Assembly: GCA_051294375.1 (NCBI GenBank)
Contig: CM119264.1
Coordinates: 15,835,473-15,899,472, forward strand
Length of the DNA: 64,000 nt
Origin: Paraspadella gotoi
Taxonomy: Eukaryota > Animalia > Chaetognatha
Direction: 5' to 3'
Positions 11,895 through 26,078 of the stretch are shown in pieces. Every line of letters starts with the position of its first letter. Positions within the stretch are counted from its first letter, which is position 1. The notes under the pieces are model-generated. The model had not been told where the DNA came from. It ran no database searches and saw nothing but the letters and a program-made list of their open reading frames with translations. A program made the translations under genes and the position numbers.

Positions 11895-14800
11895 AATGAA
11901 CAACAAGCCAACCTTCGAACGGGGCAGAGGAGCGACATTACCACTTCCGAGGTAAGACTGGGTGAAGAATTGGAATTAAGCGTGATCACCCATTCCGCTC
12001 ACACTTTTTCCACCTGCCCCATACACCCCAATATCCCGCTCATCTCGACAACGCCGACGAGCCGCAGGCCGACGCCGCGGCGCCGCAGCTCATCCCCAGC
12101 CTTCAGCGAGGACGACGGTCAAAACCAACGTCTTCAGGCCACCTCGACGCTGCTCTAGGTTTCAACGCTCAAAGAGTCGACGTCGCCTAATTGGAACGGC
12201 GACATGGCGACCGACCAACCGACCGACAACGCTGAGAAGAAGGGAACTACGCCACATAAACGACGAATTGCGCGCCGCACTGACGGCGGCGACTCGCCGC
12301 CTCGAGAGAGCGTCAAACACGGAAGCCCGACCTTCCGGAATTCGATTCATCCAACATCGAGATTTGGATTAGAAGAGTAGAGGCAGCTTACGTCCGCGCC
12401 GGGCATCTCCACACATGAAAAACAAATTCGCTTACCTCGAATCAAAAATTTGGATCAAAGTGGATCCCAAAATAAAATCAGTTTCTATTCGGTGAAGCGA
12501 CGGAGAGGCCTGGACCCAGTGTCCTTTCAATACTTAAGGATGAATATGGATTTACTCGGCGCCAACAAGCTACTCACCTCCTCGACAACATCGACATCGA
12601 CGGATCAAGCCGTCAAGGGCTCTGGCACTCTTAGAGGAGAAAACTCGGACTCTCACTCTCGACGACTTACGCAAGGAAAAATCCTTCAGGAACTGCCGAC
12701 GGAAATCCGCCGGCAACTCGAGGAGAAGGCCGGAGAACTGACCGCCCGCGACTCTGTCAACTGGCAGATCTGGCACTACGACAATAGGTAAACCAAAGAT
12801 CTGTCAGCCGACTGCACAAGTCAACAACATCGAAGGCAACCATCAGCGCCGCCTACCGTCAGAACGGACGACGACGACGACGACGACGACGACGCCGTCA
12901 ATGCCATCGACCACTCCAAGCGGAAGAAGAGAAATGGAAAAGAGCGCCGGACAAAGTCAAAGAGAGAAACAAAAAACTAAGCTTCTCACACTTTGCAGCA
13001 AGCATCTAAAATTCGGAGATAACGCCCGATCATGCGAACCGGGCTGCCTCAAAGTACAAAGAACTGCAAAAGCATCATGAGGGAAACGGAAGAGGGGGAC
13101 GCCGTTTGGTGAAACGCCGTCCCCCAGCCAGAATCATTTTCACCAGCAGCGAGCGACCTCCTTTACATCAGGGATTCAGAGAGCAGAGTGAAATGTTGGT
13201 AGACGGCGGCCGCTCCTTCTATCAATCATACCTCCACCCGCGAACAACGCCTGAAAGGACCAAATCCAGAGACAAAACTCAGGCGGCGAACGGATCACCT
13301 ATTAGCTGCTATGGTTCAGTCAACAAAACCGTCACACTCGGGAAAAGGCGATTTGAATACGATTTTCGTCGTCGCAGATGTCACCCAGCAATATTTTGGG
13401 AGCCGATTTCCTTGCAGAGAAACTTTTCTTGCTCCAACCACCGAGACGGCCTGTTAATGGACTTTACAGGATTATTCGACGATAGCAGCGTCGACATCCT
13501 CCGGAGCCACGACTCATGCGAATTTCGTCGATAGGAAAGGCGAGAGATACTATAATTATTAGAATCTTTCCTTCGCTTTCAACGCCGACATTTGAGCTCA
13601 AGGAGCCGAGACATGGAGTGACCCACTCAAATTCCGACAGAAGGCCGACCATGCCAGTCCCGCGCCCGCCGACTTGATCCAGAAAAACTGCAGTAGCCAA
13701 AAAGGAGCAGAGAAAATGGTTTCCCTAGGCATTCGGGGAAAAGAGAAAATCGGAATGCGTCCTCGCCTCTCCACGTTAGTAGCGAAACCGGAGGGTTGGC
13801 GCTGCTGCGAGGAGACTATCGTTCGACTCAACGCGCAGACGATAGATGACCGCTATCCGGTCAAGCTTACTGACCGACTTCAATGGCTCAACTTGAAGGC
13901 AAAGACTATCTTTTCAAAGATAGACCTACTTAAGGGCTATCATTCAGATACCGTAAATCCTGATGATGTGAAGAAGATGCGGTCATCACCCCCTTTGGGT
14001 TGTACGTCTTTTCCCCGCTGCCCTTTTGGGCTAAAAATGCGGTGGCAAGAGGTTGTCCAACGCCTAATGGATGAGATACTTGGGGATATCCCTCATACAT
14101 TTGGTATACCTCGACGACATATTAGTAGCGTCACCGTCGCCACGAGGAACACATACAGGATCTCTCGAGCTGTCTTCAAGGCACTGGACGGCAGCGGTCT
14201 CGTCCGTTGGATACAAAGAAGTGTCTCCTGGGCCAGGAATTCGCTCGAATTCCTCGGTTTTCTCGTTCGACAGGACGGGTACGCCCTCTACCGCCGAACG
14301 AGTACAGACTCTACGGGGAGACAACGAAGCCCACAACGATAAAGGAGCTCCCAGAGATTCCTCGGATGATCAATTACTCCGTCGATTCATCCCGAAGGTC
14401 GCACATCGTTGTACGCCGCTTTATGAGGCACTCAGTGGAAAACCGAAGGACACTCAGATGGACTGACGACTCGAAACAGGCCTTTTGAGGCAATAAAAGA
14501 AGGCCTGATACAGGCAGCTCTTGCTCCAACCACCCCGAACCGGCGCCGCAATTATTTGCATTACGACGGATGCCTCCGACCCACGCAGTCGGGGCCAGTG
14601 CTCGTGCAGAGGGGACCCAAAGGATGGAGTACCATTGGCATTCTTTTCAGCCAATTACAAAAAAACCCAAAGACTCCTGGCCCCCATTTTGATCGCGGAG
14701 TCTTTTCGGGATTTTGCCGCGCAGTCCAGCATTTCCCGGCATGGATTTGAGGGAAGAAGCTTTTACAATTATACACTGACCACAAAGTCGCTCATCTCCG

Positions 14801-17714
14801 GGCCCTCAAGAAAAAGTCCGAACCTCAAACAGCGCGTCAGAGCTTACAGCTATCGGTAATCGCCGAATTCTCGACCGACATATCGCTATCTAAAAGGCAA
14901 AAGCTATGTCGTTGGCAGACGCCTTCTCGCCCCAACTCGTCGCCAGCAGCTGCCAGCATCATTGCAAACAGCCGACAAAACTCCGAATCAAACCGAGAGG
15001 TCTCGAACAACCAAATCGACCACACCCGCCCAGGGCCATCGACGGCTGCCGTGCCAGAAAAGCGGAGTGAAAGCGATGCCTTACTAACTTAATCAGTTTA
15101 TTTCCGGGTACGTCCAAGCGTCATAGCTCTTCATTTCTCTCGTTTTTTTGTTTTTCAACGACCGTTACGCGATAGGTACGTTCGAACGGGAGATGGCCAG
15201 AGAGCAGGAGCCTCGACCGACTATCCGAATCTCTTGCGCACTGAATCACATATCGCGAGAACTAAAGGATCTGGGCCTGAATTTTCTAAGAGTAAAATAG
15301 CAACACAAGATCGCAGGGAAGTTAGCAGCTACTCCAGATTTGTCAATGAGTGGACCAGCAAATCAGACCTACTCGTCCCTTTGCAGCTATTGGCTGACGA
15401 TTAATAAGGGTGGTCAGACGTCATCAGAGTGGACTTGGCCACCCTGGAGTAGGAGCAACCTGATACGAAAAGCGGTGTCAGGCAAAATTTCGTACAACCT
15501 GGCTCTCTTACCACATTGACATATTTCAGAACTGTCAAACACGTGGGCCGAGAACTGAGTGCATTCGAATGTCAACAAGCAACAAGTGACAAGGCACGTA
15601 GTTCCCAGAGATTGTGTGAATACAGATCCGCCGCCCATGGAGACTTTCGAGCATAGTCACAGTCTAGACCCCCTCGTGTAAGATGCGCCACGTAGCTCGA
15701 AATAGGATTCAAGCTACCTCTTAACAATCGCGCTTGATCGATTCTCGCCGCTTGGTCCAACAGAAATCGATCCCGTTTAAAGACACTCTGTACGACAACA
15801 GTACTTGCATGCCTCAGCACAGAAATGGATTAGCACATATTTCGCAGTCCCAGCCGTAATCCACAATAGATGCCGCGGTACTCATGGTTCACTTCGTCTC
15901 TATGCGAGATCAATTGACACACAGTGGAAGGAATAAAACACCAGACAATTCCACTTGACTATCACCCTCAGTCTGCGAATGGGCCTCGTTGAACGGTTTT
16001 CACAGTGCGCGCTAAGGAATCTTCTCATGGCATTGGGGAGATACGGGGACAGACCGAGAATTGGTTCTGAAACTGCCCATGACCCTCTTAGCAGCAAGTG
16101 TCAGGACGCACAATAAAGGAGGACATCGGAGCGGCCTCCAGGGCTGCTGACCTCTGGTTTTTGGCGAAGGGAGATCAGCGTCCCATGCAGCATCTATTGG
16201 TAGCGACAGTCAAAACGATGAAGTTATTCTAAGAATCGTCATCGTTCAAAACCACTATCGCAGCCCCGCCGTCGAGATTCGCGCGGCTAAACAACCCTTG
16301 AAACTACGAGCCAAGCTTCGCATTATCAGTCGACACGATTCAGTGCAACCTCCCGGCTAGCAAACCTGGAGACAGGGCTCGACATGTTGTGACCGAGAGG
16401 AGGGCATCAACCCACCACTGTCCTCCTTACGATGGCCCAATTTCGTTGCGAATGTGAAATATGACGATATTACAGCAAAGCCGAGAATGGGTATCGTAAG
16501 GCCAGGCGTGATCGCTTACATCCTATCGGAAATCAGACGACTGGCGAACGCGGTCGGCACCGGCTAGAAATTATATCTAACGTTTTAAAACGGGCCGAGC
16601 AAACTACGGGTAAGCAAAGTACACATACCTACGCACACGAGACTTTATCTGCCAAGCGCGGCACTGTAAATGGCCCCTCTATAACTACTTGTCGACCGGC
16701 ATCGGCTTATAATGCTGGACAGTATACGACCTAGAACACCCTACAAGTTTCTTCGCCATGCATTAGACTCCAAACGACAGAATGCCCGAAGCTCAGCGAG
16801 ACCAGCACCCACTACATGGCAAGCGTCAGATCGACTTGTCGCGCGAACCGCCCGACGGCTCTTTCCATCCTCCTCCTCCCCTCTTACTCTCTACTGACCT
16901 CGCCACCAAAGCATCAGGCATCTGAATCAAGACACCTAGTCAACACTCGTACCCAACGACTTTGTGCTAGGTGCCGTCCCCTCCTCCTCACTTCTCTCAC
17001 ATCCATTATTCCCTCCGGGGCCCATCACTCTCCTTCTGCCTTTCGGACTTACTAGGCTCACGCCGTTCTCGCAATTCGCACCTCAAATCTTACAAGTATC
17101 TTAAGAGAAAGCGATCACAAACAACAACAACTTCGCCGAAAGATAAAATGATGGTTACTATTACAGATCCAAGACCACGAGGAATTCCCCGGACGTAAAA
17201 GGTGATTAAAAGAGAGCTAACCACAACAACAACAAAAACGACAGGACAAAGCAAGGGAAAACAAACCAGAACAACAATCGCCTCCAGCTGCATTTGTTAT
17301 ACTTTACCATTATAGTATTAAGAGAATGCTTCGTCACAAGAGAACAAAGAACGACAAAACCATAGGAACAACAAACAAAAATGTAAAACAAACCCCTGAG
17401 GTTAACCGCGCCGGAACATTTGGCTATTTGCCTGTTTCTAGCTAATCGCTCCGATTTCTTCTTTGCGCCTGATTTTTGAAATGTTATATTCTATTCTTGC
17501 CATATTTTTTGAAATTTTAGAATGTTGTGAAAGATGTTAATGTTAAAGTCCAGTCAAGATAGATCTTCAAGTTGGTATTGATAATGCGTTATATACCCGA
17601 ATATAAATATTACAGTTTTAAATTATATTTTTACTCGAGATACATCCACTCCCGGTATGGACGACAAACATATTATTGAAATATTATTAGCCCATATATT
17701 CCAACAGGGGGCTT

Positions 17715-18154
17715 TGCGGCCAATCTGAGTGAACTATTCTGTGAATTCAAGTTGAAGCCTTTTGTTTTTCTTTTGTTAGTCTGGCTAACAAAAGAGGCAC
17801 TTGCTCGCCGCACTGAATTACTTTGTAGTTATATTGTGTTACTTGTATATTACTGATTGACCCTGGCAGTATGATCAACTGATTTTTCTCCTGATGAAAT
17901 ATACTTGCTTCTACAATTATTTTTCACAATGTTTTTACTTAATATTTTCAAAGTAAGAAATACATTAAGTGATAAAGAAAAACCTTTACCTCAAATCTGA
18001 TTCAAACAACCAATCAAAAATGAAACCAATCAATTTGAAATCCAATGTGAGACTTCCCTGCGATGAACGTATGCATCTAATTAACTATCAATCATCACGT
18101 GTCAACTCTATCGACGCCTCTAATCAAACTCAGCGGCCTTCGCATGAATTACCA
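17715..18154 (+). repeat. 3' LTR of gypsy element
   Basis: Starts TGCGG after the purine run AACAGGGGG (PPT-like) and matches the 5' LTR with many single-base indels. Confidence 0.85.
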
Positions 18155-18584
18155 ATCCCTGGCCTTAAGTAGGTAATAGACTAGGTTAACCTAGTAGTTA
18201 ACTCAATAAAAGTAGGCAATTTTAATGAACGAAAGTAGCTTTAAAACAGAAATACTCAGTAGTCCTACCAAGGTCATTTCTTCTCGTCTCTCTCTCTCCT
18301 TTCCTTCTCTCTCTTTACTTTTTTAAACAAATCATTTTTCTCGTTTTTTCACTTTTTGCCACTGATGATGATGACTTAGCAATATAAGTCGAAATATTTG
18401 GAAAACCAAAATTCGGTTTTTTTTTGTAATTGTTGCTACTTTTCCCATGTATGAAAATCTATCTTATATAGATCCTGCATATTTTATTATAATTAAATTG
18501 TCAGAACGTTTTTCTCTTTTTTTTCCATATTTTTTTGACACGCTAAACGTTTCTCTGATTACGCAAAATTTCATGAAAAAAATA

Positions 18585-19222
18585 AAAAATTAATAGTACC
18601 AATAGTTAGTTAGTGTATGTCTCGAATAGATGGAAAAAAAACCTCGTTTAAAAATTCGATCGGGAAGTGGGGTAACTAAGGCTTACCAATGGCATCCTCC
18701 ACGCCAAATCGTTCTCTCAAATAATTTTTTTTATTTAATACATTTGAAAGGGAAAAAAAGAAATTCAGAATGCAGGTTGCAGAAGGGTACAGATAATGAC
18801 ATGACTGTACTACATGATAATCATGACCTTTTATGTCTTGTGAAATGGGGGCAGTAGAGAAACCTAAAAAATTCGATCATTAAGTCAGTCAATGAACCCT
18901 TTCCAATGGGCTATTCCGCGAAATTTTTTTTCTTAATTTAAACGGATGATAAGTAAAAGAATTAAATTCCTTGTATAAAGGTTGTTATATTTAAAAGAAA
19001 ATTATCAATACAAATAAACACAATGATGTCTTGCTTTGTCAAATATGTCACCAGCTATGTAATTTTTTAAAATTTTATTATGATAAACAAGCGCGTGTCA
19101 AGCTTTTTGTTTGCAGTGAAGATAATGAAAATGACAATTTTTTCACAGACAAGAAGGTAGACGTCCAGACTGTTTATATCAATCTGAAAATATTTTTGTA
19201 TTTATCATTTTTCATATTTAAA
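18585..19222. repeat. Dispersed repeat, inverted copy at about 38341-38985
   Basis: Shared blocks such as AGTCAGTCAATGAACCCTTTCCAAT occur on opposite strands. Confidence 0.8.
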
Positions 19223-21367
19223 AAAACATTTTATCAAGCTACTTCATAAATTTTGTCTTTTTTTACTTTAAATAAAAAATACAAGCAAATTTATAGAGTA
19301 GAGCAAATTTAATGGTAATCAAAATGTAATTTAGTCTTTCCTTTTTCAAATTACGAAAGAAGAAAAAAAATTTCACATGCCTTCATTGAAATTTTTAATG
19401 CAAAAAACTGTTATACTTTAACTCCGATTTAAATAAAAGCTGTGTAAAGATTTTATGAATAAAATTTAATAAAACTATTTCAGAGAGGTGTCCATGATTA
19501 GGGCTTTAATTTAATACCTCACCCACTTTCCTACCTCTTTTTTTTCCAAAGTTATTTAAGAAAATAACTTTTTTTACCGTGAGAGAACTAAGGATTTGAA
19601 CTACGCAGTACAAATCTTTGTTAAATAAAAATTTCAGCAAAGCGGGAGTATCTCAATTTATCCTATTGGTACAATACCTAATTTTAAAATAAAACTTAAA
19701 GAAAAATTTTCCGTCCTCTAGAGACATATCACTTTCAGGTTTACCCATCGTCTTACACATTTATGGATTATGCTGGAAGAAATCAGCAAAACGTTTTCTC
19801 TTTTTTTTAAATAGTTTGTACTAGGCGTCAGAAATCTAAGAAGAAACTCGAAAATTTTATTCTGACAAATTTTGCCTTTCAAGGCTGACGTTTATACTAT
19901 ATCTCGAAACCATTTGTGAATTTAAAAAACGGTTTTTGCAAGTGAATATTGATATCATCCTCCAGGGACCGGCCTATAAAATATATTAAAAAAATAACTA
20001 AATTGGCTCTCGAGTGAGGTATCTACTTTATATTATCTTTAAATATCTCTTTTCAAAATGTTAATTTTGGTAAATTTTTTCTAGCAGCGGATTTAAAATT
20101 TTTACGTGGTATACATGTACAGAGTGTCTCAAGCGTACCGTCACTTTACAAAAGAACGCTGTGTCAAATTGGTAGGGTAAATCATCAATTTGATAGAACT
20201 ACCGGAAAGATAAGTGCGTACAGTTTTTTTTGGTATCTATAATATCATGTTTATGGAGAATTGCAAGATTATTTGTTTTACTGTACTAGTCTTTAAAATT
20301 TTATATTTTATATTTAGAGAGAAAAGAATTTCTTTGTGCAACAACGACTTATTGTTAGTATACAAAAAACCCACTAAAAAGTGGGTTTTTTTAAAAATTA
20401 CTTAATTTTTTTAATATGAAACATTAAATTGTTGAAGCAAAAATTTAAATCATATAATATCTATCATTTTTACAAAGCTTAATATATAATTTAAAGATAA
20501 AAAATAACCCTAAACCTATGTTTTACATGTTTACTATCAGTATCACTTTCATTCCTGGCTTCTGTACCATTTTCCTTATATTAAATAATTTTAATCGTGA
20601 ATCGCAAATTATGTTAAGACCGACACAAAAATGATTGCTATTCTTTTGTTATTATTTAACACAAGGTCAGGGTTCTTTTAAAGCTATTTATCAGAAAAAA
20701 TTAAACTTCAATATAATTATATATTTGAATATTTGTCACACGTTAAAGAATTCGCTGAAAAGGTATCCTAACCAGGAGTAAAGTAACGAGATTAACGAAA
20801 ATGCAGGAAAATAATATATTGAGGTCAGGAAAAAATCTTAGCTTAATGAAACACCTTAATATTTTATTAACTCAAATATTGTATCCGAACATCAAAATTT
20901 ATTTTTAGCCCAAAAGACAAGTTAGTTCGTCAAAAACATGTACTAAAAATGTACTTCAAGTTTTAATGTATTAGTAATTTATATAAATGTTTATGATGCA
21001 TATTTATATCAAATTATTTTGAGTATTTAATTAATATTTTCTAATAAGATTAAGTTTATACACTTTTTTCATCACAGGTTTTATTCAGAAAATATAATAT
21101 TTATATTTATTACATTTCTGTTTACCATAAAAAATATTAATTAATTAATACTATTATTAAATATTTTCAGTATATTTTTATCAGTAATCACTTATATATA
21201 TATTTTATATTGGTTGTACCAATTTCATTAAAAAGTATAAATATTTTAAATTTGTATATTAAAAAGTATTAATATGACAGTCTGCTATCTATAATTTAAA
21301 AAACCCAAAAAACGCAATAAAACCCAAAAAAAACCAAAAAAACCCAGGTTTTTGCCAACCCAGCATA

Positions 21368-21408
21368 TAAGTCATACATGTTTCGACTTTTGTATAAGTC
21401 TTCTTCAG
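21368..21408 (-). ncRNA. Hammerhead ribozyme split by a hAT-like MITE
   Basis: CTGAAGA-A-GACTT(loop)AAGTC-GAAACATGTA^TGACTTAT. The partner strand of stem I (ATAAGCA) lies at 22041-22047, beyond the MITE. Confidence 0.82.
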
Positions 21409-22032
21409 TAGGGTGGAGTGATGAAAAGATTGAGCGATGGAACAATGTTTTTTTGCTGCCTTTGTATATGTAATAAAAAATAATTAAGCCCTTTTTCAAA
21501 AAAAAAAATGCATAACAGTATCATTAATTGAATTTTTTTTATAATAATATCCTTATAAAATCATAAAATTTCAAAATCATATTTTCTTAATTTTAAGAAC
21601 AGTTTTGGATTCGCCGGAAAAAACTGAAAAACTTTTGTAAAAAATGTTATATGATATTTTTAAGTTAAAGCTGCAAAAAATGACCAAAACGTTTCATCAT
21701 ATAATAGTTTCTACTACAAAGTATAAAAAAGTAGAGAAATTGACCTTTTTTTCCCATTTTTGATGCTGAAGACAATAAAATTTTTAATAACATTTTATAT
21801 TTTTGATCTAACTTTTTATGAAAAATCAGAATGTTTAATAAAAATTTTAAAAAATTAATTTGAAAATTTAGGATTTTATAAGAATATTACTATAAATATA
21901 TTGTAATTAATGATACTGTTCCCCAAACAATATAAGCAAAATATTTTTTGTACTCCTTAATCATACTATCTCACGTCTAAATATCCTTGTTTGATCACTC
22001 AAATAAAATTTATGTTCCCCAGTGCTCCACTA
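21409..22032 (+). mobile_element. hAT-like MITE, copy 1
   Basis: Ends TAGGGTGGAG...CTCCACTA with 8-bp TSD TTCTTCAG. Confidence 0.88.
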
Positions 22033-22311
22033 TTCTTCAGTGCTTATTAAATAATTTAATGAATTTCACTATAATATCTATATATTAGATTTAATTTATA
22101 TAAATCTTTATATAAGTATATTCTTTTATAATGTATTGGGGAGAGGGATGTTAGTGTTGTCTTCTGGAAATTGAGGGAGCATCTATACAACACAAGGTTA
22201 AAAATTACTTACTGCCCTAGATTGAAAATTCAAAATATTGAAAAGATAAAAAAAAACTTTTTTTTTATTATTATTTTATTATTCTCTATATTTCTCTCTC
22301 AATCAACTCTG

Positions 22312-22342
<31 letters not shown>

Positions 22343-22802
22343 AATTAACTCATCGCGTCAATAAATGACTAGCATCGCATCAATGAATGACTATCATCGC
22401 ATCAATGAATGACTATCATCGCATCAATGAATGATTATCATCCGATCAATGAAGTACTATCATCACATCAATGAATGATTATCATCGCATCCATCATTTG
22501 GTTATCATCGCCTCAATCCTTTGGTTATCATCGCATCAATATATGGTTATCATCGCATCAATATTTGGTTATCATCGCATCAATATTTGGTTATCATCAA
22601 AAGCAGGCTCGATCCCTATTGCTTTTAAGATTTTTAAATATGTTTTGTTTTACATTTTATCAAAACAAACAAATATCCTCTATTTTATTTTATGTCTCCT
22701 TCTCTCTCTCTCTCACTCCGTCCTCTCTTTTTATGCAATTGCGACGATCTTTATGCTTTTAAGATTTAAATGGTAATAAGCTAACTTGGTCAACTTGCAT
22801 AA

Positions 22803-23429
22803 TAGAGTGGAGCACTGGTGAACATAAATTTTATTTGAGTGATCAAACAAGGATATTTAGATGCGAGATAGTATGATTAAGGAGTACAAAAAATATTTTG
22901 CTTATATTGTTTGGGGAACAGTATCATTAATTACAATATATTTATAGTAATATTCTTATAAAATTATAAATTTTTAACATAATTTTTTTAAAAATTTTTA
23001 TTAAAGATTCTGATTCTTCACAAAAAGTTAGATCAAAAATATAAAATATGTTATTAAAAATTTTCATGTCTTCAGCGTCAAAAATGGAAAAATAAGGTTA
23101 AATTCTCTACTTTTTTATACTTTGTAGTAGAAACTATTATATGATGAAACTTTTTAATCATTTTTCGCAGCCTTAACCTAAAAATTTCATGTAACATATT
23201 TTACAAAAGTTTTTCAGTTTTTTCCGGCGAATCCAAAACTTTTTAAAATTGAGAAAATATGATTTTGAAATTTTATGATTTTATAAGGATATTACTATAA
23301 AGAAAATTCAATTAATGATACTGTTATGCAAATTTTTTTTGAAAAAGGGTTTAATTAATTTTTATTACATATACAAAGGCAGCAAAAAAATATCGTTCCA
23401 TCACTCAATCTTTTCATCACTCCACCCTA
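22803..23429 (-). mobile_element. hAT-like MITE, copy 2 (inverted)
   Basis: Ends TAGAGTGGAG...CTCCACCCTA with 8-bp TSD TTGCATAA. Reverse complement of copy 1. Confidence 0.88.
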
Positions 23430-25110
23430 TTGCATAATTTAATCAACTTGCATAATTTGGTTAACTGACATAATTTGGTTAACTGACATAATTGGGTCAA
23501 CTGACATAATTTGATCAATTAAGATAATTTGGTCAACCGGCATAATTTGGTCAACTGGCATAATTTTATCAACTGGCCTAATTTGGTCAACTGGCATAAT
23601 TTGGTCAACAGGCATAATTTGGTCAACTTTAAGAATTTGGTCAACTGGCATATTTTTGTCAATTTGCATAATTTAGTCAATCAATCAATCAATCAGAGAG
23701 AGATAGAGAGAGAGAAACTTTAAAAAATTCAAATAAATGTGTCTTTTGGGTTTCTAATTTGAACTCTTTTCCACTCCTTTATAAAGCTTTATCACATACT
23801 TTCCTACCCACACACAAAATTCAATTTCGATTTATCTATCCAATTTTTAATAAACATAATAATTATGAGTAAATTTAAGTAAAAATACTTCAAGTAAATA
23901 TGACTTTTGTTTTTTCCATTTTAACTCATTTCCACTCGCACGATTCCATCGAAACTTTATATCCAGCTCAATCACACACTTCCCTACCATCATTTAAAAT
24001 TTCAAGTCAATTGCCCTATCTACTCATGAGCAATTGGCGTTCAAATAGTGAAATATATTTTTTTGTTTTTTCCATTTAAACCAATTTCCACTCGCACGAT
24101 TCCCTCGAAACTTCATATCCATCTCAAGCACACAGTTTCCTACCCACACACAAAATTTCATACCAATCCATCCATCCAATCACGAGTAATTGGAGTTTTT
24201 TGCTAAGGTGTGACGGACGGACGGACGGACAGACAGACGGACGGACGGACATCGTTTTTTTTGCATAATTTATCATAATTCGATGTTCTGACATGATATA
24301 AGTGTGTGCCCGACAATATTGAGGGGGCGGACCGACGGACCGACAAAGTGAATTATAGAGTCGGGATCTGCTGATAAGCAGATCCGACTAAAAATAAAAG
24401 AGAAAATTTGTTTGTTTTGATAAAACGTAAACAAAACATATTTAATAACTGTCCAGACTCAATTTTAAGCACATCGATGATGAGAAGCTGTATATAAATT
24501 TTCAGCTTCATACACCCAAATTTAATCATAAAAAAGGCGATCTATAATTTGGAACACCGACGACAACAACGACGACGACGCCACTTATGCGCAAAAGCGT
24601 TACAATATCGTTACAATATCGTCGCAAACGCTAAGCGATTGCAACGATAAAAAGAGAGAAAAGTTGTTTGTTTTGATAAAATGTAAACAAAACATATTTA
24701 ATAACTGTCCTGACTCAATTTTAAGCACATCGATGATGAGAAGCTGTATATAAATTTTCAGCTTCATACATTCAAATTTAATTATAAAAAAGGCGATCTA
24801 TAATTTGAAACGCCAACGACGACGACAATGACGCGCCACTTATGAGCAATATCGTCGCAAACGCAAAGCGATTGCAACGATAAAAAATCTTTAATGTAGT
24901 TGGAAAGATTTGAATATTTTAAAATTGACAAAAAGTATTTTCGACATTGGCTTTGAGTGCTGATAAAATGTGATATAATAGTTTGATTTAAAAAATAAAG
25001 ATATCATATTAAACTGTAAGAACTTCTAGATCCAAAGAGTACAGCAAATACATTTTTTTTTTATTTGACAGTACGCTTGACACTTTGTAATTCACGATTG
25101 AGATACGCAC

Positions 25111-25288
25111 CGACGTCAATGAGTTCCGTTTTGATTCGTCCAGACCGCTTTGGTACGAGTTTGAGTCCTTTGAGGACGGACTTTTGGACTTTGGGTTCGT
25201 AGTCGGCGTTGACATCGTAAGCTCCTATCCTTGTTTGCAGCCAAGCAATAGGATCGGCGTAGCCAACGGTGTTGTCCGATGATGACAT
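25111..25288 (-). CDS. PHTF: PHTF (putative homeodomain transcription factor) homologue, coding exon 1
   Basis: Translates MSSSDNTVGYADPIAWLQTRIGAYD...KGLKLVPKRSGRIKTELIDV, matching the PHTF1/2 N-terminus as I recall it (ISWYQKKIGAYD...KGLK..PKK..HIKPDLIDV). It ends G|GTGCGT (phase 1) and joins exon 2 to give IDVDLVRGS. Confidence 0.9.
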
Positions 25289-25894
25289 TATGTTTATAGG
25301 TATCAGGAAGACTCAATCGGCAATAGCAGACAAAAGTTCGCAGTTAAACCCTAGCATAAAAACTAGTTTACGTGCTACCCTAAATTCGTTTGACCCGAAA
25401 AGTACATCGAAACGCGTCGAAAAAAGTTATGTGCTGTGTCATGATTTGCTCTTTTTCTATTTGTCTTCAAAAACTAAAAACCTAAAAAACTTACATACGA
25501 TAATAGCGTGTATTTAAATTTAGCAGTACAACCTCAACAGAGTACATGTAGTCGTAAAGTTACATTACCAAATTACGTATGCGACCAACTATTGCATGAT
25601 CAAGTACCGAAGGAAACGAAGAAAGCATTCAGTTCCAAGATACAAACCAAAACCACGCATATAAAATGAGAAGGTATCATTGTTCACAAGCCACAAAATC
25701 GCCATCGAAAAAAACCCTCAACCAAAACAAAAATAAGTGGGAAGGAAGCGCGACGGTAATAGTGAGAGAAAAAGTATTACAAATATCTAATTTAATTAGT
25801 ATGTTACTATAATATCACGAGTAAAATGACAACGCGCAAATTTCTGGCTCGTGATCGCGATGTAGTTCTCTCGATCAATCCCCATTGCAGTTCG

Positions 25895-26078
25895 TTATTG
25901 ATGAGCTGAGCTGAAGATGTATTTAACGAAGTCCTCATAGTTAACGTTTCCTTGTTGATCCTCGTGCGGTCCCACAAGATGTTCAACGTCCTCCTCTGAC
26001 ATTTTTTCGCCCAAGTTGATCAAGAGGTGGCGCAATTCGGCCGAGCTTATGGTGCCATTGGCGTCCTTGTCGAAAACC
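25895..26078 (-). CDS. Myosin essential light chain, exon 3 (terminal)
   Basis: TCTTGTAG|G acceptor, then [60 protein letters not shown] (EF-hand pair). Confidence 0.92.

Larger units (their letters stand above)
11463..18154 (+). mobile_element. Ty3/gypsy LTR retrotransposon, heavily frameshifted, antisense in PHTF intron 1
   Basis: Direct repeats of about 420-440 bp at both ends. Internal fragments of protease (LVDGG, QAANGSPISCYG), RT (IFSKIDLLKGYH, PFGLK, VYLDDILVAS) and RNase H (TTDASD, PLAFFS) are followed by integrase-like sequence, which is the gypsy domain order. Confidence 0.93.
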
